A DNA stretch of 64,000 nt from an uncultured Gemmatimonadales bacterium (GCA_963779755.1 CAVZZO010000001.1:864001-928000), one strand, 5' to 3'; numbered from the stretch's first letter, positions 17,344 through 27,617 are shown. A program made the numbers and translations. Notes: generated from the letters alone by a model not told the origin.

Positions 17344-18449
17344 GGCGCCACTCCGGCCCCGAGCGGCCGGCCGCTGATCCGCCGCCAGGCGATATCGGCG
17401 ACGGCCTGAATCAGTTCCTCGTAGCTCATCCCCGCCGCGCGCGCGGCCTTGGGGAAGCAGGAATTGTCCCTGGGGTCTGGCAGAATGCCCGGAAGCGGAT
17501 TGAGCTCCACCACCATCGGGTGCCCCGTGCCGTCGCAGCGGATGTCCACCCGGCACCAGTCGCGGCAGCCCAGGGTGCGGTAGCCGGCCAGCGCGGCGGA
17601 GCGGATCTCCGCTGCCAGCGGCTCGGGAATCCGCGCCGGGCACTCGAAGATCTCCAGCGGATTGTCCAGCGTGTCCCAGAGCCACTTCGCCTCGTAGCCG
17701 TAGACCGGAGGCGCGCCGGGCGGCAGGCAGTCGAAATTGAATCCCACCAGGGGGAGACAGCGGGCCTCGTCGCCATTGCCGATGATCGCCACGGTGAACT
17801 CGGGGCCGGGCAGCCAGGCCTCGATCAGCACCGGCTGGCTGTAAGTGGCGAGCAGATACTCCACCCGGGCCACCAGCTCGGCTCGGTTCGCGCACAGGTT
17901 GCTGATGGCGATCCCCTTGCCCGAGCCCTCCGCCACCGGCTTTACGAACAGCGGGAACGGCAGGGAGACGTTGCGGGCGTCGGCCACCGAGCGCGCCACC
18001 AGGAAGGGAGCGGTGGGCACGCCGTGGAAGCTCAGGATCTCCTTGGTCCGCCCCTTGTCCAGGGTCAGCGCCAGGGCCAGCGGGTCGGAGGCGGAGTAGG
18101 GGATGCCGAAGAACTCGCAGATGGCGGGGACGTGGCCCTCGCGGTTGGGCCCGTAGAGGCCCTCGGCGATGTTGAAGACGAAATCGGGCCGCGCCTGTGC
18201 CAGCCGGGCGGGAAACTCCCTGGTGGCTTCCAGGCGGATCACCTCGCCCACACCCAGCAGCGCCTGCTCGACCGCGGCAATGGTGGCGGGTTCGTCCCAC
18301 TCGGCGTAGAGATCGGGTTGCTCGAGATCGGTGCGGAGCGCGCGTTGCGGCGAGAGGCCGGCGGATAGAGGAGAGGACAAGTCCGCCCCGGTCGGAGTGA
18401 CCGGCGCCTCTGGCTTCTGGTTGTAGGCGAGACCTATTCGGACGCCCAA
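17340..18449 (-). CDS. Ddl-like ATP-grasp ligase (first copy)
   Basis: FNIAEG, LDKGRTK, FVKPVAEGSGKGI, GYEAKW, RVDIR, ELNPLPG; TTG start with AAGGGG SD. Confidence 0.88.
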   Translation of the reverse strand: MGVRIGLAYNQKPEAPVTPTGADLSSPLSAGLSPQRALRTDLEQPDLYAEWDEPATIAAVEQALLGVGEVIRLEATREFPARLAQARPDFVFNIAEGLYGPNREGHVPAICEFFGIPYSASDPLALALTLDKGRTKEILSFHGVPTAPFLVARSVADARNVSLPFPLFVKPVAEGSGKGIAISNLCANRAELVARVEYLLATYSQPVLIEAWLPGPEFTVAIIGNGDEARCLPLVGFNFDCLPPGAPPVYGYEAKWLWDTLDNPLEIFECPARIPEPLAAEIRSAALAGYRTLGCRDWCRVDIRCDGTGHPMVVELNPLPGILPDPRDNSCFPKAARAAGMSYEELIQAVADIAWRRISGRPLGAGVAP

Positions 18450-18541
18450 ACGGTCCCCTTTAAAAAAAGGTCGCCTCCTGCAGTGAGGCGCGGATCGTTG
18501 TTTGGCGCCAACAAATTAAGAAAAAGCCGACGCGGACACAA
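18450..18541 (-). promoter_or_regulatory. Candidate sigma70 promoter and structured leader (attenuator-like)
   Basis: TTGTGT-17 nt-TAATTT (18541-18513), then hairpin CGCCTC/GAGGCG and a T7 run directly before the SD. Confidence 0.5.
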
Positions 18542-18595
18542 TAGATTTTTCGAAAGAGTTTTCCGGATCGGGCCGGAGAGCGATCCTCAGTCCTC

Positions 18596-19102
18596 TCAGC
18601 TTTCTCTGCCTCGTCGGATGCGCTCGTAGGTGCGGAACGAAAGGTCCCATGCATTCTGCGCGTCCGCCGGATGCCGCTCTTCCGCCACCAGCCGCCAGTG
18701 ATCGGGGTTCCACTGGGGGAAATAGACCGTCCCGGGGATTTCCGCCTCGACGATGGTCAGCACCATCCGGTCGGCGCGGGGCAGGGCCAGGCGGAAGATC
18801 TCCGCCCCGCCCAGCACGAAGACCTCCGGCGCGCCCTGGACGCGCGCCAGCGCCTCCTCCAGCGAACCCGCCGTTTCGGCGCCGGGAGCGGAGAAGACCG
18901 CATCCCGGGATATGACGATGTTCTGACGCCGGGGCAGCGGCTTCCGCTCGATCGAGTCGAAGGTCCTCCGGCCCATGATGACGGGATGGCCGGTGGTGAG
19001 CTGCTTGAAATGCCGGAGATCGGCGGGGAGGTGCCAGGGGAGCTGATTGTCCCGGCCGATCACCCGGTTCCGGGCCATGGCGGCCACCAGAGTGACCGTC
19101 AT
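18596..19102 (-). CDS. folA: Dihydrofolate reductase
   Basis: [47 protein letters not shown]. Confidence 0.96.
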   Translation of the reverse strand: MTVTLVAAMARNRVIGRDNQLPWHLPADLRHFKQLTTGHPVIMGRRTFDSIERKPLPRRQNIVISRDAVFSAPGAETAGSLEEALARVQGAPEVFVLGGAEIFRLALPRADRMVLTIVEAEIPGTVYFPQWNPDHWRLVAEERHPADAQNAWDLSFRTYERIRRGRES

Positions 19103-19893
19103 ACCGCGATGGGCGCGCGGATGCCGGGGTGCGGGTCGTACTGCTCCAGCAGGAAATCCTGATACTGGAAATCAAAGAGCGAGCGGACCTCGGGATTGAG
19201 CCGCATCCGGGGCAGCGCCCGGGGCTCGCGGGTGAGCTGGAGCCGGACCGCGTCCAGGTGGTTCAGGTAGAGATGCGCATCGCCCAGCGCCAGGATGAAC
19301 TCCCCCGCTTCCAGCCCGCTGACCTGGGCGACCATCATCGTGAGCAGGGCGTAGGAGGCGATGTTGAACGGCACCCCCAGGAAGACATCGGCGCTGCGCT
19401 GGTAGAGCTGGCAGGAGAGCCGGCCCTCGCTTACGTAGAACTGGAAGAGGGCGTGGCAGGGGGCCAGCGCCATCCGGGGGATGTCGGCCACATTCCAGGC
19501 GCTCACCACCAGGCGGCGCGAGTCGGGCCGCTCGCGGATTTCCGCCAGTACCTGGCTGATCTGGTCGATGTGCCGGCCATCCGGCGCCGGCCAGGACCGC
19601 CACTGATATCCGTAGACCGGACCCAGCTCGCCTTCGGCGTCCGCCCACTCGTTCCAGATGCTCACCCCCTGCTCGGTGAGATAGCGGATGTTGGTCTCTC
19701 CCCGCAGGAACCAGAGCAGCTCGTAGATGACCGACTTGAGGTGGACCTTCTTGGTGGTGAGGAGCGGAAACCCCGCCTGCAGGTCGAACCGCATCTGATG
19801 GCCGAAGATGCTCAGCGTGCCCGTGCCGGTGCGGTCGCTCTTCTCCCGGCCGTCCTCGAGGATGTGGCGGAGAAGAGAGAGGTAGGTCTGCAT
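19099..19893 (-). CDS. thyA: Thymidylate synthase
   Basis: [54 protein letters not shown]; 264 aa. Confidence 0.97.
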   Translation of the reverse strand: MQTYLSLLRHILEDGREKSDRTGTGTLSIFGHQMRFDLQAGFPLLTTKKVHLKSVIYELLWFLRGETNIRYLTEQGVSIWNEWADAEGELGPVYGYQWRSWPAPDGRHIDQISQVLAEIRERPDSRRLVVSAWNVADIPRMALAPCHALFQFYVSEGRLSCQLYQRSADVFLGVPFNIASYALLTMMVAQVSGLEAGEFILALGDAHLYLNHLDAVRLQLTREPRALPRMRLNPEVRSLFDFQYQDFLLEQYDPHPGIRAPIAV

Positions 19894-19966
19894 GGTTGCT
19901 ACTCTAAGGGGAAAGGCAACGGGGGAAAAGGGGACAGGGAAGGGACCAGGAACCAGGATTCGGGAT

Positions 19967-21667
19967 TCAGGGCCTCTCGTCGCTTCCCCCGCTTCCCTGG
20001 CTTCCACCGTTTCCCGGTTCCCTGTTCCCGTTTCCCGCTGGTGTCGCCGCCAGCTCCATCCTCCACCGCGCGTATCCCCCCGTTTTCTCGATCTCCCGCA
20101 GTGCTGCCGCGATATCCTCCGGTAGCGGCGTAGCCCCCCTGCCTACCTTCAGCCGCTCGAACGGCCCCTCGGCACCCGGCAGCTTCACCCCGGGGTTCAT
20201 GATTCCCGCCGGATCGAAGGCCTGTTTGACGCGGCGGAACAGGTCCACGACCTCCCCGCCGTAGAATTTCTCCAGCAGGCCGGGCCGGAGCCGCCCGTCT
20301 CCGTGTTCCCCCGATGCACTGCCGCCGAGTGCCCGGAGCCCCTGGCTCACGGAATGGTAAAGCCCGGCCACCTGCTGTTCCCAGCCTTCCTGCTCCACCG
20401 GCGCCAGCAGGTTGACGTGCAGATTACCGTCGCCCGCGTGACCGAAGATCACCACCGGCAGCCCTCGCTCCCCGGCCGCTTCCCGTACCAGGCGGATGTA
20501 ATCGCCCATGCGCTCCACCGGGACGGTACCGTCCTCGATCACCTGGAGGGAGCGCCGGCCGCGCGGCAGCCCGGCGATGATCGGGCTGGCCGCATGGCGC
20601 AGCGCCCAGAGCCGGCGCTCCTCTTCGGGGGTAACCGCGGTCGCCGTCTCCGCCGCCCAGGGGGCGGTGCGCCGGACCGCGTCGCCCACGGTACCCCGCA
20701 CCGTCTGCTCCGAGGCTCCCTCGAATTCCACCAGCAGCACGGCCTGGGTGTCCGGCGGCAGCCCCTGGAGCGCCGGATGCCCCGCCGGCCGGAGCAGGTC
20801 GAGGAAGGTGCGGTCCAGCAGTTCCAGGGCGCTCGGGTTCAATGGAAGCAAGGCCTCGACGGCGGCGGTCAGGTCGTCCAGCCCGCGGAGCGAGATGCGC
20901 AGTCCGGCGCGCGCGGCGGGGAGGGGGTCGAGCCGCCACTCCGTCCCGGTGATGAAACCCAGGGTGCCCTCCGCGCCGATCACCAGGTCGAGCAGGTCGC
21001 CGCTCTGGAGCCAGGCGTCGAGCGCATAGCCCGAGGAGTTCTTCCGGGTAGCGGGGAAGGCCCGGGCGACCGCCGAGGCACGTTCCCGGATGACGGGCGC
21101 CGCCTCGGATTCGAACCGCTGGACCGCCAGCACGGCCGGGTCCGGAGCGGCGCCGCGGCGCAGCCAGGTGGCCTGACCCTCGGCGGTGAGCAGCGCGCAC
21201 CCGGCCGCCCACGGGCGCACGCTCCCGTAGCGGACCGATCGCGCGCCCGATGCATTGGTAGAGAGTATCCCGCCCAACGTGGCCCAGCCGCCGCTCGAGG
21301 GATCGGGCGGCAGCCGCAACCCATGGCGCGCCGCCTCGGTATCGAGCTCCGCGAGAGTCACCGAAGGTGAGGCGCTGGCGCGCCGCCCCTCCCGGTCGAT
21401 CTCCAGCACGCGGGGCTCCAGCTGGGTCAGGTCCACGACCACGCCAGGCCCGACGCTGCTGCCGGTGACCGCGCTGCCCGCCCCGCGCGGCGTCAGTCCC
21501 GCTCCCGCTTTCGCGGCCCAGCGGACCAGCTCCGCCAGCTGCCCGGTCGTGCGCGGGACGGCCACGGCTTCGGGAATAATCCGGTAGATCCCCGCGCCCT
21601 CCGCATAGGCGGCACGGACGCGCGGGGCGTCATCAAGGAACGAGGCGAGGCTGGCGGGCGGCTTCAT
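19967..21667 (-). CDS. FAD-binding oxidoreductase (GlcD/D-lactate dehydrogenase family)
   Basis: [56 protein letters not shown]. Confidence 0.9.
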   Translation of the reverse strand: MKPPASLASFLDDAPRVRAAYAEGAGIYRIIPEAVAVPRTTGQLAELVRWAAKAGAGLTPRGAGSAVTGSSVGPGVVVDLTQLEPRVLEIDREGRRASASPSVTLAELDTEAARHGLRLPPDPSSGGWATLGGILSTNASGARSVRYGSVRPWAAGCALLTAEGQATWLRRGAAPDPAVLAVQRFESEAAPVIRERASAVARAFPATRKNSSGYALDAWLQSGDLLDLVIGAEGTLGFITGTEWRLDPLPAARAGLRISLRGLDDLTAAVEALLPLNPSALELLDRTFLDLLRPAGHPALQGLPPDTQAVLLVEFEGASEQTVRGTVGDAVRRTAPWAAETATAVTPEEERRLWALRHAASPIIAGLPRGRRSLQVIEDGTVPVERMGDYIRLVREAAGERGLPVVIFGHAGDGNLHVNLLAPVEQEGWEQQVAGLYHSVSQGLRALGGSASGEHGDGRLRPGLLEKFYGGEVVDLFRRVKQAFDPAGIMNPGVKLPGAEGPFERLKVGRGATPLPEDIAAALREIEKTGGYARWRMELAATPAGNGNREPGNGGSQGSGGSDERP

Positions 21668-21729
21668 ACCTGGAATCTAGGGCCTTTCCCCCTTTCCCAT
21701 TTCCCCTTTCCCCCCACTAAGTTCCCCCC

Positions 21730-22554
21730 ATGGCAGACGGGACCCGCGCTCAGCTCATCCACCTGGAGGTGGACCGCAGGCTGGGGCACGAATGGGACGA
21801 ATGGGACGGCAACCCGCTTCCCAACGCGGGCAACTTCGATTCCCCGCCGTCGCTTTTCTGGCTCTGGTCGGCCGGGGCGCTGGCCGCCGGGCTGGCGCTG
21901 ACCGCGGGCGCGGTCTTCCTTTTGGCGCCCCGGGTCGGCACGCTGCATCCGGCTCTGCCCTCCCTCCTGTGGCTCGGGCTCGGCGCGGTCGCCATTGCGG
22001 CATGGCTCTGGTGGCTACTGCTGTTTCTCTCCTGGCGGCTGGCCCGGCCGATCCTGCCCGAGCGGCTGGCCGAGCGGGGGCCGTTTCTTCGCCTGATGAG
22101 CCTCACCTCCCGCCTGGCCCAGCTCCGTGGCCGGCGCGACTGGGTGGAAAACGCGGCCGTGAAGGTGTACGACGATCTGGCGTCCCGCCGCGGCCGCCGG
22201 GTGGGCAAGGGCGAGTTGCTGCTCCTCATTCCCCGCTGCCTTTCCAAGCAGACTCTGGATGGCGTTCTCAAGATCGCCGGCCGCTACGAAGTGCCCGTCT
22301 TCGTGGCCACCCGGGGGCAGCTGGCACGCCGGGTCATCCGGGAGCGGCGGCCCCGGGCGGTGGTGGCCGTCGCCTGCGAGCGGGACATGGTCACCGGCTT
22401 GCGCGATGTGGCCGGCCGGATCCCCGTCCTCGGCCTCACCATGACGCTTCCGTCGGGGCCGTGCCGCGACGCCGGACTCGACCTGCCCAAGCTGGAGAAC
22501 TGGGTCCGCACCTATCTCGGCAACGGCGACGAGCCCCTGACGCCCCCTTCCTGA
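21730..22554 (+). CDS. DUF116-like membrane protein
   Basis: Two N-terminal TM helices; IPRCL, ATRGQLAR, AVACERD, GPC. Confidence 0.7.
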   Translation: MADGTRAQLIHLEVDRRLGHEWDEWDGNPLPNAGNFDSPPSLFWLWSAGALAAGLALTAGAVFLLAPRVGTLHPALPSLLWLGLGAVAIAAWLWWLLLFLSWRLARPILPERLAERGPFLRLMSLTSRLAQLRGRRDWVENAAVKVYDDLASRRGRRVGKGELLLLIPRCLSKQTLDGVLKIAGRYEVPVFVATRGQLARRVIRERRPRAVVAVACERDMVTGLRDVAGRIPVLGLTMTLPSGPCRDAGLDLPKLENWVRTYLGNGDEPLTPPS

Positions 22555-22572
22555 TACGTCCGAGGAGCCTGC

Positions 22573-23241
22573 ATGTTTTTCCTGCTCCATGGCGGCGCTG
22601 AAGCTGCCGAGACTTTCCTTGGCTACAATCTCCCCCACTGGCACGCGCTGATCAACGATGCTCCCGCCGCGCTCCTGGTTGCGGCCGTCGGCTTCGAGCT
22701 GCTGGGGCTTGCCACCCGGCGCCGGGATTTCTTCGTCGTCAGTTTCTGGACGCTGGTGGCCGGCGTTCTTGGCGCGGCAGGGGCGGTGATCACCGGCCTC
22801 CTCGCCTCCGACGACATCGATCACGGAGAGGCGATCCACCAGATCATGGAGCGTCACGAGACCTGGGGCATCGTCACGCTCTGTGTGTTCGGGGTGCTGG
22901 CGCTCTGGCGCATATTCCGGGAGCGGAAGATGGGCTCGGGCGAGCGGATCGTCGCTTTCCTGGTCGGCATCGCCGGCACGGTTGTCCTGGTGAATACCGG
23001 ACGCATGGGGGGAGAAATGGTGCTGGATCACGCTGCGGGAACTCCGACCGCGGCATTGGAGCAGGAGGTCAGGAACCGGGCGCTGGGGCATCATCACGAG
23101 GAAGGGGAGGATGCGGACCACGACGAGATGATCCCCGCCCAGGTTCCCGATTCGACCGGTGCGGATTCGGCCAGGGCCGATTCCACCGCCCCGCCCGCCG
23201 GGCACACCCATCCGCCGGGCACGCCGCCGCATCAAGATTAG
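22573..23241 (+). CDS. DUF2231-like membrane protein with His/acidic tail
   Basis: WHALINDAP, TGLLA, ERHE, TGRMGGEMVLDH; about 4 TM; tail HHHEEGEDADHDE...HTH. Confidence 0.7.
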   Translation: MFFLLHGGAEAAETFLGYNLPHWHALINDAPAALLVAAVGFELLGLATRRRDFFVVSFWTLVAGVLGAAGAVITGLLASDDIDHGEAIHQIMERHETWGIVTLCVFGVLALWRIFRERKMGSGERIVAFLVGIAGTVVLVNTGRMGGEMVLDHAAGTPTAALEQEVRNRALGHHHEEGEDADHDEMIPAQVPDSTGADSARADSTAPPAGHTHPPGTPPHQD

Positions 23242-23295
23242 AGAAAGGGGAAAACAACTGAGGACTGAGCGCGAGTGAGACTCAGTACCTTTCTC

Positions 23296-23793
23296 TCACT
23301 CCTTTTCTCCTTTCTCTTTCCCATGCCTGGCGGCGAGGGTATCGACGATCTCCCGCACCCGTACCGCCGTCGGATGACCGGGCGGCACATCCCGCTCCAG
23401 TTCGCGCTCGGGCTCCGAGGGATCGGCCAGCGGGCGGTAGACGGTTTCCACGGTGAGATGGCTCTGGCGCGGCGGCCCCGGGTCGGCCCAGCCCCGGACC
23501 TTCACCACGCCGGCCCCGAAATGCTCTCCTCGCGCCTTGCGCTGGGTCGTGGTGTCGAACCAGGCGGTTTCCAGATAGCCGTCCCGGCTCGATGCCAGTG
23601 TTACCGGAAAGCTGTCCCGGCGCAGCGCCTCGGCCAGGAGGTCGATGGCTTCTCCCGGAGAGACCAGCAGGTCGGCCTGAACCGCACCCGGCCGGGGCAG
23701 GAACCCCGGCCGGGTGGTGTTGGGATGGCAGGCAGCAGCCGCCAGCAGCCACGCCACCCCGCCCATTCTGCCGACTCTGCCCATTCTGCCCAC
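23296..23793 (-). CDS. Hypothetical lipoprotein (start uncertain)
   Basis: Lipobox-like LAAAAC; follows hbd on the same strand; N-terminus encoded by 9-mer repeats. Confidence 0.6.
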   Translation of the reverse strand: MGRMGRVGRMGGVAWLLAAAACHPNTTRPGFLPRPGAVQADLLVSPGEAIDLLAEALRRDSFPVTLASSRDGYLETAWFDTTTQRKARGEHFGAGVVKVRGWADPGPPRQSHLTVETVYRPLADPSEPERELERDVPPGHPTAVRVREIVDTLAARHGKEKGEKE

Positions 23794-23795
23794 TC

Positions 23796-24683
23796 CTAAA
23801 GTCCCAGGCTCGAAGGCACCGGCGGGTTCTTGGAGTAGTCGTAGAACCCCTTGCCGCTCTTCCGCCCGAACATCCCGGCCAGATACATCCGCTTGAGCAG
23901 CGGGGGAGGAGCGTAGCGTGCCTCGCGGTACTCGTTGAACATGATTTCCGCGATGTGATAGGTCGTATCGTTCCCCACGAAGTCCAGCAGCGTGAACGGC
24001 CCCATGGGATAGCCGCAGCCCAGTTTCATCGCGTTGTCGATATCGGGGATGGAACCGACGCCGTGTTCCAGCGCGCGGATTGCGTCCAGCAGGTAGGGCA
24101 CCAGGAGCAGATTGACGATGAATCCGGAATTGTCCTTGGCGGCGACCGCCTCCTTGCCCAGGCTGCGGGCGAAGTTCATCGCCCGCTCGTAGGTCTCGGT
24201 GCTGGTGGTAACGGTGCGGACCACCTCCACCAGTTGCATCAGCGGCACGGGGTTGAAGAAATGCAGCCCCACGAACCGGTCCGCCCGCTTCGTGGCCGCG
24301 GCCATAGCGGCAATGGTGAGGCTCGACGTATTAGATGCAAAGATGGTTCCGGCCGGGCACAGGCCGTCGAGGTCCTGCCACAACCTGTTCTTGACCTCGA
24401 GATCTTCCGTGACCGCCTCGATTATGATGTCGCAGTCCTTCAGCGCGGCCATGTCGGTGACGAACGACAGCCGTTTCAGGGTCGCGTCGCGGTCGCCGGG
24501 GGCCAGCTTGCCCTTCTCCACGAACTTGTCGAGCGATTTGGTGATCGCCGCCTTGCCTTTGTCGAGCGGCGCCTGGGCCACTTCGCGGACGATGGTGGTA
24601 AAACCGGCGGCGGCGCAGACCTGGGCGATCCCGCTGCCCATGAGCCCGCAGCCGAGGACTCCTGCCTTCTGGATTTCAGCCAT
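23796..24683 (-). CDS. hbd: 3-hydroxybutyryl-CoA dehydrogenase
   Basis: GCGLMGSGIAQ, IEAVTE, ASNTSS, GLHFFNPVP, GYPMGP, GRKSGKGFY. Confidence 0.94.
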   Translation of the reverse strand: MAEIQKAGVLGCGLMGSGIAQVCAAAGFTTIVREVAQAPLDKGKAAITKSLDKFVEKGKLAPGDRDATLKRLSFVTDMAALKDCDIIIEAVTEDLEVKNRLWQDLDGLCPAGTIFASNTSSLTIAAMAAATKRADRFVGLHFFNPVPLMQLVEVVRTVTTSTETYERAMNFARSLGKEAVAAKDNSGFIVNLLLVPYLLDAIRALEHGVGSIPDIDNAMKLGCGYPMGPFTLLDFVGNDTTYHIAEIMFNEYREARYAPPPLLKRMYLAGMFGRKSGKGFYDYSKNPPVPSSLGL

Positions 24684-24705
24684 CCTTGATATCTCGCAGT
24701 CCAAT

Positions 24706-25539
24706 TCAGGGGTTCAGGGCTCGCCGGACGCCGTCGGCGATACTGCCGAGCAGCCCGGCCGATCGGTACGGCAACTGGGAGGACGCTCCCGGCGCCCGCC
24801 GTTCCAGGGAGTCCAGTGCCCGTTCCAGGCCGAGCTGGACGCGCTCGGCAATGGGACGATACAGGCGGGAGACCCCCCAGGCGCCGCCGGCCGCCATCGG
24901 GATGGGCGCTACCGCGAAGAACCAGAACGGCGTCATCACGGCCAGGACCGCGGCGGCGGCCAGCCCGATACTCGCCACTGCCGACGCGCCGCCGATGAAC
25001 GACGCGCGCGCCTTCCGCAGGGTGGCGGTGAGGGTAACGTTGCAGTAACCCGGCTCCAGCGGCATCACGGTGGCCGTGACCAGGCCGGCGCGGGACAGCA
25101 TGAATGGACGCCGGCCGCCGCCCAGCGCGGCGGTGGAGCGCCTGATCGCGGCCTGGAACCCGGTGAGCGGCTCCCAGGAAATCCGCCCGCTCAGGTGCCG
25201 CTGGATGGTGAGGATCTCGTGATCGCTCATCCACTGCACCAGCCCCTGCTCGATCTCTTCCTGCGACCGCTGCACTACCCGCTGGGCCATGACCACCGGC
25301 GGACCGAAGGCCCGGTCCAGCAGTCCGTGCGAGTCGGGCAGATCCGCCCGGGAGGTCTCCTCCAGCATGGCCTGGCGGAGGTAGCCCTCGGGGATCCCCA
25401 CTTCCTTGCCCAGCCGGATCACCTCCTCCGGCGTGAGGACGTCCCCGATCTCCCGGCTCCCCGTCTGCAGCTCCGCCGCCCGCTGAATGATGCGGTCGAG
25501 CGCGGCGCGATCGATCCGGGCGGGGAGGCCCTGGGGCAT
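24706..25539 (-). CDS. Hypothetical protein with two C-terminal TM helices
   Basis: Coupled to the stomatin gene (TAATG overlap); helical N-terminus IIQRAAELQ...KEVGIP. Confidence 0.7.
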   Translation of the reverse strand: MPQGLPARIDRAALDRIIQRAAELQTGSREIGDVLTPEEVIRLGKEVGIPEGYLRQAMLEETSRADLPDSHGLLDRAFGPPVVMAQRVVQRSQEEIEQGLVQWMSDHEILTIQRHLSGRISWEPLTGFQAAIRRSTAALGGGRRPFMLSRAGLVTATVMPLEPGYCNVTLTATLRKARASFIGGASAVASIGLAAAAVLAVMTPFWFFAVAPIPMAAGGAWGVSRLYRPIAERVQLGLERALDSLERRAPGASSQLPYRSAGLLGSIADGVRRALNP

Positions 25540-26396
25540 TACTTGTCCTTCCGCGGGACCGGCGCCGTCTCGAAGCGCGGCAGCATGGCCGACATGTCCG
25601 GTGTGCCCTCGGTAAGCGCCGGCGGGGCGTCGCCCTGGGCCCCGGCCCCGCGGTTTTCAAAGGCCCGCATGAAGGGCCGGAACATCTCGATCGGGATGGG
25701 GAAGATGGTGGTGGAGTTGTTTTCCGCCGCGATCTCGGTGACGGTCTGGAGGTAGCGCAGCTGGATCGCACTGGGCTCCTGCGCCAGCGTCCGCGCCGCT
25801 TCGGCCAGCGTCTGCGACGCCTGCAGCTCGCCCTGGGCGGCGATCACCTTGGCCCGCCGCTCGCGCTCGGCTTCGGCCTGACGCGCCATGGCCCGCTTCA
25901 TCTCCGTGGGCAGGTCCACGTCCTTCACTTCTACCGCCGAGACCTCGATGCCCCAGGGGTCGCTGCGCTCGTCGATGATCTTCTTCAGAATCCCGTTGAT
26001 CTTCTCCCGGTCGGCCAGCAGCTCGTCCAGCTCCACCTCGCCCAGCACCGAGCGCAATGTGGTCTGGGCCAGCTGGCTGGTGGCATAGCGGTAGTCTTCG
26101 ATTTCGATCACCGCCCGCGACGGGTCGCTGACCTTCATGTACAACACCGCGTTCACCTTGACCGAGACGTTATCCCGGGTGATGACGTCCTGCGGTGGGA
26201 TATCCAGCGCCATGATCCTGAGCGACACCCGCTTGGCATGGGCCAGGCCGCCGGGAATGAACACCAGTCCCGGGCCCTTGACGCCCCAGTAGCGGCCCAG
26301 AAAAAACGAGACCGCCCGTTCGTATTGCTTCACCACCCGCAGGCTGGCGAAGGAGTAGGCCACCACGACCGCGAGTGCTCCGATCAGGACTTCCAT
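25539..26396 (-). CDS. SPFH/band 7 (stomatin-like) protein
   Basis: [56 protein letters not shown]. Confidence 0.95.
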   Translation of the reverse strand: MEVLIGALAVVVAYSFASLRVVKQYERAVSFFLGRYWGVKGPGLVFIPGGLAHAKRVSLRIMALDIPPQDVITRDNVSVKVNAVLYMKVSDPSRAVIEIEDYRYATSQLAQTTLRSVLGEVELDELLADREKINGILKKIIDERSDPWGIEVSAVEVKDVDLPTEMKRAMARQAEAERERRAKVIAAQGELQASQTLAEAARTLAQEPSAIQLRYLQTVTEIAAENNSTTIFPIPIEMFRPFMRAFENRGAGAQGDAPPALTEGTPDMSAMLPRFETAPVPRKDK

Positions 26397-26411
26397 GATG
26401 TCCCTCCGTCC

Positions 26412-27617
26412 TCAGGCCGGGAATGCCTCGACGATCACCGCCGCGCCCTGGCCGCCGCCGATGCAGGCGCTGCCCAGGCCGAACCGCTTTCCCGCCTGCC
26501 GCAGCGCATGCAGTAAATGCAGGGTGATCCGGGTTCCGCTGGCCGCGAGCGGATGGCCGATGGCGATGGCACCGCCGTGGATGTTGGTCCGGGCGCGGTC
26601 CAGCCCCAGCTCCCGCTCGACCGCCAGGTACTGGGCCGAGAAGGCCTCGTTGACCTCGACCAGGTCCATCTGATCGAGCTTCATGCCCGCCCTGGCCAGC
26701 GCCTTGCGCGCCGCGGGCACCGGACCGATGCCCATGTACTTCGGCTCGACCCCGGCAATGCCCCAGGCCACCAGACGGCCCAGCGGCTTGGCGCCGGCCT
26801 TGCCGGCCGCGTCCTCGCCCGCCACTACGACGGCGGCGGCGCCGTCGCAGATCCCGGAGGCGTTCCCCGCCGTGACCACGCCGTCCTTCTTGAAGTAGGG
26901 CGGCAGCTTCGACAGGCCCGCCAGCGTGGTCTCCGGCCGCATGTGCTCGTCGGCCGCCCAGGGCTCGTCCTGTTTCGTCTTCCGGTTGCGGATCATCACC
27001 GGCACGACCTCGTCGGCGTATACGCCGGTGTCCCAGGCGGCCTTGGCCGCCTGCTGGCTGCGCAGCGCGTATTCGTCCACATCCTGGCGTGAGATCTGGT
27101 GCTTATCGGCCAGGTTCTCGGCCGTCTCGGCCATGGAAAACCCGCACTGCGGGTCCTTGAGGGATTCCCAGAGCAGATCCTCGAACGGGGGTGCCGGTCC
27201 CAGCCGCAGCCCCCAACGGGCACCCCGCACCACGTGGGGCGCCTGGCTCATGCTCTCCGCTCCGCCCGCCAGCACCACGTTGGATTCACCTAGCAGGATC
27301 TGGTACGCGCCCTGGATGATGGCCTCGAAGCCCGACCCGCAGAGCCGGTTGACGGTCAGAGCCGGCGTTTCGATCGGGAGCCCCGACTTGAGCGCGATAT
27401 GCCGGGCCAGGTAGATCGCGTCGGCCGAGGTCTGCAGCGCATTACCGAAGACGACATGATCGATGGCGGGGTTCCCGGCCCGCTGCAGGGCCTCCTTCGA
27501 CGCCACGACGCCCAGGTCGATGGCGGAGAAGCCCTTGAGTGCCCCGCCGAACCCGCCAAAACCGGTCCGGACCCCGGAGAGAAACACCACGTCCTTCTGC
27601 TGGCCCTGAGTCTTCAT
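26412..27617 (-). CDS. Acetyl-CoA C-acyltransferase (thiolase)
   Basis: NRLCGSG, GGAESMS, TAGNASG, NEAF, GGAIAIGHP, CIGGGQG. Confidence 0.95.
   Translation of the reverse strand: MKTQGQQKDVVFLSGVRTGFGGFGGALKGFSAIDLGVVASKEALQRAGNPAIDHVVFGNALQTSADAIYLARHIALKSGLPIETPALTVNRLCGSGFEAIIQGAYQILLGESNVVLAGGAESMSQAPHVVRGARWGLRLGPAPPFEDLLWESLKDPQCGFSMAETAENLADKHQISRQDVDEYALRSQQAAKAAWDTGVYADEVVPVMIRNRKTKQDEPWAADEHMRPETTLAGLSKLPPYFKKDGVVTAGNASGICDGAAAVVVAGEDAAGKAGAKPLGRLVAWGIAGVEPKYMGIGPVPAARKALARAGMKLDQMDLVEVNEAFSAQYLAVERELGLDRARTNIHGGAIAIGHPLAASGTRITLHLLHALRQAGKRFGLGSACIGGGQGAAVIVEAFPA

Noticed and set aside
16339..18449. Housekeeping ddl or van-type ligases
   Set aside because: They lack the GG.S.E and HG..GEDG motifs, and there is no dcw or van context.
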